From Haliotis rubra (lineage: Eukaryota): a stretch of 64,000 nt of DNA. Location of the stretch: NCBI RefSeq assembly GCF_003918875.1, contig NW_025766953.1, positions 1 to 64,000 of the forward strand. Reading direction: 5' to 3'. Below are positions 56,404-64,000 of this stretch, in pieces (position 1 is the first letter of the stretch; each line of letters begins with the position of its first letter). A program made the translations under genes and the position numbers. The notes under the pieces were generated by a model. The model ran no database searches. It saw nothing but the letters and a program-made list of their open reading frames with translations, and was not told the DNA's origin.

Positions 56404-56745
56404 ACCGCCTCCGTGGTGTAGTGGTGAGAGCGTCCGCCCGGAGAGTGGAAGGTCGCGGGTTCGATCCCCGACAGCGTCATACCAAAAAGACGTTAAAATA
56501 TGGTACTTGTTGGTCCCTGCCTGGAGCTCGGCATTAATGGGTACAACAAGGACTGGTCGGCTCGGAGTATAATGTGTCTGGGTGGGGTATTCATGCTTCA
56601 CTGCGGCATGGTATCTCAGTGGGCTAGCACTATTAAAAAAACAGCTTAAGTCTGGGCTAGTACAAGCAGCCGCACATACACATACACACGCATGTACGTC
56701 GTCATATGAGCGAAATATTCTCAAGCACGAAGTTAAACCCAATTC
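56404..56745 (+). mobile_element. tRNA-derived SINE family C, probably MetaSINE-type central domain
   Basis: A box tggtgtagtggt and B box ggttcgatccc. Central gtcataccaaaaagacgttaaaatatggtact..ccctgcctggagctcggcattaatggg matches the Meta domain as I recall it. Tail gaaatattctcaagcacgaagttaaaccc. Confidence 0.78.
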
Positions 56746-56992
56746 CACCTCACCACCACAGTTGCGTCGTCCCTTGTGCGCACCCGGAACCTATGAATAT
56801 ACGTTCGAATCTCGGTTCGATCCAAGCTTGTAAGTTTGTCAGCAACATACCAACGCTCGGTACCAAGGTGATAAATGTCTCAGACTTGTCACTTTGCGTG
56901 GGGTTTCCTCCCATATTAAACTGGTACCCCATTATAATTCTGATTACTGTTCGGCTTCAAACACACCTCACTCACTCGCTAAATACTTCTGC

Positions 56993-57083
56993 GTATAACG
57001 TCATAAAGTGTCAAGTACTGCTATAACGTCATAAAGTGTCAAGTACTGCTATAACGTCACAAAGTGTCAAGTACTGCTAGAAC
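56993..57083. repeat. 28-bp tandem repeat, 3 copies
   Basis: Unit tataacgtcataaagtgtcaagtactgc. Confidence 0.9.
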
Positions 57084-57105
57084 GTAATCACCAATATTTT
57101 CAGGC

Positions 57106-57372
57106 ATGGCCAGTATTCCAGTGATAGCATCAACACCGTCTCCGGAGCCGAAGAAACGACATCAGCCAACAGAGACACAACTCCCGTCCTTCAGTTACGG
57201 GGCAGTGTTTGACGAGTACAGACAGAGAGATCTGATGGTGGACGCAGAGCCAGGCTCATATGAGGCGATGAAGGGGGTGGCGTATTTGAGGGTAAATGAC
57301 GAGAAGTATAAACCAGGGAATTCTGAATCTCGGCGCCGAGAGAAAAAACTAACAACATGGAACCAGCGATAG
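57106..57372 (+). CDS. Putative small 88-aa protein
   Basis: Acceptor atattttcag|gc immediately before ATG in a good Kozak context (ggcATGG); GC-richer, coding-like composition. Confidence 0.5.
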   Translation: MASIPVIASTPSPEPKKRHQPTETQLPSFSYGAVFDEYRQRDLMVDAEPGSYEAMKGVAYLRVNDEKYKPGNSESRRREKKLTTWNQR

Positions 57373-59399
57373 TGAGGACTGTCCTGCTTAATTAAAGAAC
57401 CGGAGCGTGTGTGTGCACTTGTTTGTGCACGTGTGTGTCAGTGTACCATACGATCGTTGATACGTCCATATGAATATTCATCCATGCATATGAGAGACTG
57501 CAGGATATACTACAAGTATCTTATTTCAACAGTTTAATTTTAATATTTTTTAAGATGCTTTGTTTAACATTAAGTTCTGCCTTAGCTTTTGTTTATTTTT
57601 CTGATTTTTTTCAATAGTGCATGCAGGTCTGTATCACTGTAAATGTTTGGAAACAAGTATGTTGAACAGAAATCGTATGTAGGTGACGAAAATAACTCTT
57701 GCACCGGTGATCGCCAGTTGCTTTTTAGATGTGGAGAACATTTAGGCATTTTAGTTTTCAACTTTTTTGCCTGTTGTTTTATCAATATGACATTTTGTTG
57801 AACATGAGAGCTGTAAGTACATAGTTGTTAGTTATAGCTAAAGCATAACGTTTTAAACAAATCTTAAATGAGTTTCATTCAGGTACGTTATGTACCTCAG
57901 TACGTGTTCAACACAAGCAACTTACAAATTAACTGCGTTGTTCCAGCATTATTCAAAACGTGCAAAACAAATGGGTTTTTTAGTTGGGCTACAGACGATA
58001 TTTTATGAGATTGATAATTCATGAATTCAAATTGTACCGAGGATATTCCTGATAGCCACTGTTAATGGTGCACATGAAGGTTTGTTTTTAACCCTCTGTC
58101 TTACCTCAATATGACCAAAGGCGACCTGAAATAAACCAGGATTTCCATTGAACGAAGTTAGTGGAGTGACACTATGTCATTAGTAAGCCTACGTCACAGA
58201 CTGTTCAGCTAAATATGTAACACGGTCACAGTCTGTCCGCAGTGATTGACAATGAACAAAAGACGTAAAATAAATGATAATGCAAGCTCCTGCAATGCCT
58301 AATTACAGATTTGTGTGAAAAATTCCTTACTTAATATTTGCTATATTTTTGCAGAATGTTTAGACACAGTTTTGTAATAAATAAGAGAAAACTGTGACAC
58401 ACATCACGATGTCAATAAAATAATACATTGTTTGAGCGTATGTTTTATGTGTATGGATACTTAACGTGCGTGATGTATTGTGTCCATGAAACACATTCCT
58501 GGAAGCAAATCATAATAATCCTCAACATCAGAGGTTGTAGTGACTTGTGCAACCTGTATCTCTGTATCATGTTATAGTGCTTGTATATTTCGCCTATGTC
58601 AAGAAACAGAGACTCTATCCATTATGGCGAAATGGGCCTCCCAGTATCTACATAGTTTCACCAGATACTCCATATACTGTATTAGCAGGTACATTTTACA
58701 CATATTGAACGTGTTGGTTAAATACTGCAAATGTTCGAGATTTAGAGACATGCTTATAATGAAATGTGTTTCACTAGTGATTGTACGTACGCTTCTTTGT
58801 TTCATGACATATGTTGTGCTGATATTTGTCGGCGATTGTCTTCAGTTTGTATTTACTCACGAGGAAACAAGACACAAGCGACAAAAGTTAAACGTTGATG
58901 AGGACTTTTCAGAAGAATGTCAAACCTTCATAAATTATTACTTGTTTACTTATTTACAACGCTGTGACGTTGGTCGTCCCAAAAAAACATTACTGGGTAC
59001 GTTGATATGGATTGTCACTGTTTAGCATATCCCCTACCATTTCATGGACATGTTTTACTACGATATGAAGACAAATACATTTTGAACATTTAGATGTTTA
59101 AATCCGAAATAGGAATATTCAAAACAAAAATGTCTGTACAATTCTAAACAGTTTTTGTTAAGAGCAAAACATGACAAATACGGGTTTGGTGTCATTAACG
59201 ACAAGCATTAATGGGAGGTAACTCGTACCGTCTTAGAAGTACATGAAGACACACCACGAGTATTATTATCAATATTGGGTCCCAGCAATCAACATTGTTT
59301 TTAATGATACAGTACAATGAAGATTTCTGCAAACTTCCAGAATGATTATATCGTGTTCAAAGATATTCAGAGACTGTAGTTTCAAATGATGTGGGCATC

Positions 59400-59517
59400 A
59401 CCGGTGTTGATATAGCCTAGTGGTTCATGTCACGCCGAAGACCCGGGTTCGAACACTGGGCACAATGTGTCATGTGATATTGCAGTGGCGTAAAACTAAA
59501 CTCGGGTATAGTCAGTC
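59400..59517 (+). mobile_element. SINE family A, heavily deleted
   Basis: tagcctagtggtt..gtcacgccgaagacccgggttcgaa..ggcgtaaaactaaactc. Confidence 0.7.
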
Positions 59518-59689
59518 ATGGGCAGGAGCAACAAGTTATGTAACATGTGTTCTCGGGTATATAACTTTACCATGTCACCAGACCATGTACAATGTATAAT
59601 ACAATATAAAAGGAATGGTATGCATAATGACTGGAGCATATTTATAAATATTTACAATAATAATGCACTAAGTCGCATAAACGTTTCCT

Positions 59690-60500
59690 TAATATTATAA
59701 TTTACATACATATGTAAATAATTACTATTTTCATTTGGAAGGCGTATGAGAGAACTTTTACCTTTACAATTAATTTAACATATATTTTGTTCTTACATTA
59801 TTATAAAGTGGGCAAATAAACATAAAATGAACCTCATCTTCTAAAATCTTATTACAAAATCTTAATTCTCTTCGGACATTATTTCTTCTTTCTGCATTCT
59901 TCATGATATTCAATTCACCTAATCTTAAATGTGATAAAAATCTTATATAAAGTTGAAAAATATGATTCCATTTTAAACGCACTTTTGACACATGAATAAA
60001 ACTCTAAGTTAGAATGTTCATTTAACACAGAAAATATACACTGGATGTTACAATCTTTAACTCGTTGAGACAACTGCTTAACAAATAAATCAGTTTTAAT
60101 AATATTTTGAAAATCCCACGCATAACTAAAATGATAAATATAAATTAATTTCCTCAGTTCAGTAACCCATGACTTGCGGTTATTATCGTCCATGTCAACA
60201 GCTGCACTGTTGTGTTAATACCAAGAACATATTTACAGTATTTTACATGAAATCTTTCTAGCATTATCCACTCACGAAACCCCCGTATTTCTGAGCCATA
60301 TGATAAGATATAGGCTTAATTTGTGTATCAAACATTTGAAATAAGACATTGGGAGAAAGATTTTTAAATTAGCTTTATGAACGAGAGTCTGGACTGCTTT
60401 TGACCAAGATACTCAGCTGGAAAATAAAATACCCAAATAGCTGTAATAGTTTGTAGTTTTCAAGTTCATATAGTTAAACATCCATTTTTCGGTTTTCGGG
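59690..60500 (-). mobile_element. 3' fragment of a LINE ORF2 (RTE-X/CR1-group type), degraded
   Basis: Minus-strand FQMFDTQIKPISYHMAQK region, KSWVTELRKLI..YAWDFQN..FVKQLSQRVKD, LEFYSCVKSAFKMESY, RFCNKILEDEVHFMFICPLYNNVRTKY. Confidence 0.72.
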
Positions 60501-60666
60501 TAAGTGTATATTGTTACTTCAGTGATTCGATTCAAAGATCAGTACTAATTAGCGTAAATAGAAAATCCTCAAATCATTCAGCAACAGGCATACCTGCGAA
60601 TGTCTACAATAAGAATATGGTTGGCACACACATCAAACAGAATGCAATCAATAAGTTACTTCATGA

Positions 60667-61950
60667 CTATCCGACAACTATCTGTCCTTCCTCTTCCTCC
60701 TCCTCTTTTCTTTCACTCACTTCCTCTTTCTCCTCACCCTCTTGCTTATTTATTGGTTGTTTTAGTTCTTCAAAGTTCAAATTCAACAGCGGCATCGTCA
60801 GACTCTTTACTTTTGTGTTACCTATAAATTTATCATTTTCCAAATCCGGCGTGCCAGGCAATGACGGTGGCTCGTCTTTAGTCGACTGTTCCACGTTAAC
60901 CTGCATTTTGTGGGCATAATAGTCAAAAGATTTGTCAAGATACGTGTTCTCAAAAGCTTCCGTTGAATCACAGAACTCTTTTACCTTTGGGGAGAGATCG
61001 ACAGATCTTGCTTCGTCAAGAAATATTTCCTGGAAATTTGTCTTTTTTACCTCCTCAAACATAGATCCCCGTCTTGACCTCCTGGAGGATCTCCCTTCGC
61101 TTGTAGTAAGACTTTCGCGTCGGGAACTTCCGGTTGATTCCGGAAACGTACCGGAAACTATTCGGGGTATGTTCTGAGCAAAACTGACCCTGGACGGTCG
61201 TCTTTCCGCGCTTTTTGAAGGAAATTCCAGTACGGGATTTTCACTTGTGGTATTTTTAGTTTCAATAGATATGTTTGCCACAAACGTATTTATCTTTTCG
61301 TCAACAGTTTCCCCATTGACACTGGGTAAAATCAGAAACTCTTTTTCTACTTGCGTGCCCGCGGCAGTAGCCGGCCTAAGGGGAAGTGATGTAGGCGGAG
61401 TCCGAATCCTACCGCTGTGGGGACGGGAGTTATCTCCCCTTATCGGTACAAACCTCCCCGATGCCGACTGGCTTCGTATTTGTTGGGATGATTGTTCTTT
61501 CATAACCTGCTGGATTATTTCCTCAATGTCCCTGTCAGAGGTGGCTTTCTTCGACAGCGGGTGTGACCTTGTGGTTCTGGGTTCATCCACAGAACAAGGC
61601 CGGTACTCCAGCTTCTTCAAAAACTCGTAGTCTCCCTCACTTTCTCCACAGTTTGTGTTGAGTCCATGTAGATGTAATGCTCTGAGCTCCCGCACACGGG
61701 CTTTATCTTCCATCATTTGAGCATAGCCGAGTTTGGATCTATGCAGCTTCATTTGGAATCTCCTGAACATGACCTTCTGATCAATGGCGATTCTATGCAC
61801 TAAGCCCTTCTCCGATCTATTCAGAATGTGCAGCTTCTTCTGGAGGAGCATGTGTTCCTTCCAGTTCGCTGACTGGACATTTGGAGACCGCTCGGAATTT
61901 TCCGGTGCTCTATTAGAAGCTTCTTGTGGAGGAGAGTTAACTTTGATCAT
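60667..61950 (-). CDS. Uncharacterised 427-aa protein (N-terminal coiled coil, R/S-rich disordered region, acidic tail), single coding exon
   Basis: 1.28-kb uninterrupted ORF, gccatcATG context; upstream acceptor ttttgttttcag|g at 62175/62174 implies a spliced 5' UTR. Confidence 0.8.
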   Translation of the reverse strand: MIKVNSPPQEASNRAPENSERSPNVQSANWKEHMLLQKKLHILNRSEKGLVHRIAIDQKVMFRRFQMKLHRSKLGYAQMMEDKARVRELRALHLHGLNTNCGESEGDYEFLKKLEYRPCSVDEPRTTRSHPLSKKATSDRDIEEIIQQVMKEQSSQQIRSQSASGRFVPIRGDNSRPHSGRIRTPPTSLPLRPATAAGTQVEKEFLILPSVNGETVDEKINTFVANISIETKNTTSENPVLEFPSKSAERRPSRVSFAQNIPRIVSGTFPESTGSSRRESLTTSEGRSSRRSRRGSMFEEVKKTNFQEIFLDEARSVDLSPKVKEFCDSTEAFENTYLDKSFDYYAHKMQVNVEQSTKDEPPSLPGTPDLENDKFIGNTKVKSLTMPLLNLNFEELKQPINKQEGEEKEEVSERKEEEEEEGQIVVG

Positions 61951-63337
61951 GATGGCGTGTTTAGATTCAACTTCTGTCCAAGCAAAGATGGTCGCGTAGC
62001 GTACTGTGCGTTGAAGGCTGTTCTATTCTGTGATGTGAATACGTGTTGTTGACGGCAACTTAAACGTGAAACAGTATCATCACATCTTTCATATCACCTT
62101 TCATCTTGATAGTTACAGCTGAGCATAAGACCTTTCCTTGAAGTCCAACTTACCATTCATTGGTGATGTGACACCTGAAAACAAAAGGACATTCATGTAC
62201 AAATATATTAATATGAAATATACTTAATTTATCATCGCATATGAGTATAAAATGAACGACCCATACAAAATACAAGTCATAATATTTAATATGTAATCAT
62301 AGAAAATATTGTGTTTGTGATGACAGTGGTATGTTTATCGTTCTTTCAGTGGAATGGAATTAGAAAAAATATCAGTATCTAAGAAACACCATTCTCCCGG
62401 ACAGCCTCGTTCCCAGTGAACTGTTTAGGGGTTGACCAATCACAGGCCGAGATCAGTATCTTCACATCTTACTGATGATGAAAGCTAGTGTTCGGACAAA
62501 TGAGGTTTTGCTGTAAACGATATTATCTTTCATGTCAAATCAGTAAGACATCAACATTCCTTCACTAACTAAGCCGATGAAGTGTCGATCTTGATATCAT
62601 GTTTCCACAGAACGAAAAACGTATTATCTCCTTAAATCGATTGATATTCAAAGATGACCTTTGTCAATATATTAAAAAATTAATGGATAGTATGCGATTT
62701 GGTTTCATAGGTTTGGATATTTTTCTCCTAGGGTTTTGGATGTTTTGGATGAATTGCTGAATTCCCCTCAATTAAATCTCAGAGGTAATGTCAGTTTTGT
62801 CATACATTTCCTCTCACGATGCTTCTGGTATACTAGAAACGAAAGAAATTGGCGTCTTTCCTATGAAACTTAAAACACTAGCATGATGTCAAGGTGAAGG
62901 GCTATGTTTTTAATTTTTAAAAACCATATTCCCAGAAAAAGTTTGAATGACTAGTAGAATAAGAATAATTCTGCCAAGAAAAATACATTGAATCAACATT
63001 GATTATAAATAATTATTGAGGCTCATTGTTATAATTCAAAACATCTAGTTTTGCATCTGTAGGTGGAAAGCGTTTTGGTCATCTTGCAAAATCTGATTTA
63101 TACCATTGATACTTCACAAGAAATACATCTAGAAAGGACGAAGTTTGCTTCATAATGGTAAGTTACAGAAAGGTTTACCATTTGATTGTGTCAGGTATTT
63201 CGTTGAGCGAAACACCCAGTACATGTTTGTGTTCCTGCAGGAAAACATATATATAATATATATAATTTTGATAGAAACTGATAATTATATTAAATTGAAC
63301 AGGCGTCCACGTGAGATAGGTGAGTCGGGTGCTGAGA

Positions 63338-63561
63338 GAGTGAGTGAGTTTAGTTTTAAGCCGAACTGAGCAATATTCCAGCTATATGGCGGCGGGCTTT
63401 AAATAATCGAGTCTGGACCAGACAATCCAGTGACCATAATCATGGGCATCGATTTGGAATTCGGATACATGTGTCGACCAAGTCAGCGAGCCTGACCACC
63501 CGATCCTATTACGACTAACATGGGTTACTGAATACCAATAAAACCCTGATCTTCACGGGTA
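63338..63561 (-). mobile_element. SINE-like family B
   Basis: Reverse complement begins acccgtgaagatcagggtt and ends aaactaaactcactcactc. Confidence 0.85.
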
Positions 63562-64000
63562 GACCTTAGAGAAATGTATAGACATCCTTAATAATGTGGT
63601 TCAGGGACTGTGAACGGTCTCACAATACCAACAAACAAAGCACGTGTTGCCGATAGGGAAACAAGTTCATTACTATCGTGTGACGTAGCATATCTATCTG
63701 CCCGAGTGACCTGATTTATTTACTCCAGCCCTTGAGGATAGACATTAAACTATCTACACTATCCAGTGACCATCTGTATGTAAGAATACATAATCAGTCG
63801 ATGATGTGGGCAGTATTTTGATATTTTTATCTTTAACAACACAATAAAGATCTCCATCGAATGCCATTGGTCCTGAAATATTCATTCTTTCTTCGCGAAC
63901 CGATAACAGAACGAGGTTGTAAGGTTTGTCTAATGTCCTGAGAATTTCAATTTTGCAAAGAACCTATCAGTCTATCAGCAACAACAGGAGGTAACATTCT

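Noticed and set aside
56143-56748. 201-aa minus-strand ORF
   Set aside because: More than half is antisense to SINE family C, and the rest has no recognisable motifs.
58540-59025. 161-aa ORF
   Set aside because: Non-ATG start, C/Y/I-rich composition typical of AT-rich non-coding DNA, and no splice or domain support.

Overview
Repeat-rich, intron-containing animal genomic DNA. The SINE families and protein types suggest a gastropod mollusc such as abalone (inference). Host genes: (1) the terminal exon of a Ser/Thr-rich single-pass membrane protein (347-1353 +). (2) A 14-exon, 855-aa secreted sushi/HYR/ephrin-receptor-like (SVEP1/SRPX-type) gene reconstructed on the minus strand (21989-34778); a cationic amphipathic, antimicrobial-peptide-like segment follows its furin site. 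(3) A divergent pair of small heat-shock protein genes: a two-domain p40-type at 39534-40664 (-) and a three-exon, probably mitochondrial one at 44637-46793 (+), both with HSE/TATA promoters. (4) Three uncharacterised ORFs (52886-54973 +, 57106-57372 +, 60667-61950 -). Mobile DNA: a 5'-truncated Tx1/L1 LINE inside the TIR of a MITE, a Ginger2/KRBA2-type transposon with complete ends, an intact DD34E Tc1 transposase, Tc1 and Sola-like relics, LINE fragments, several MITEs, three SINE-like families and three minisatellites. One SINE-like family has no tRNA head and starts with a predicted pseudoknot. Three assembly gaps lie at about 35.5-36.6 kb. All calls come from manual reading; no searches were run.
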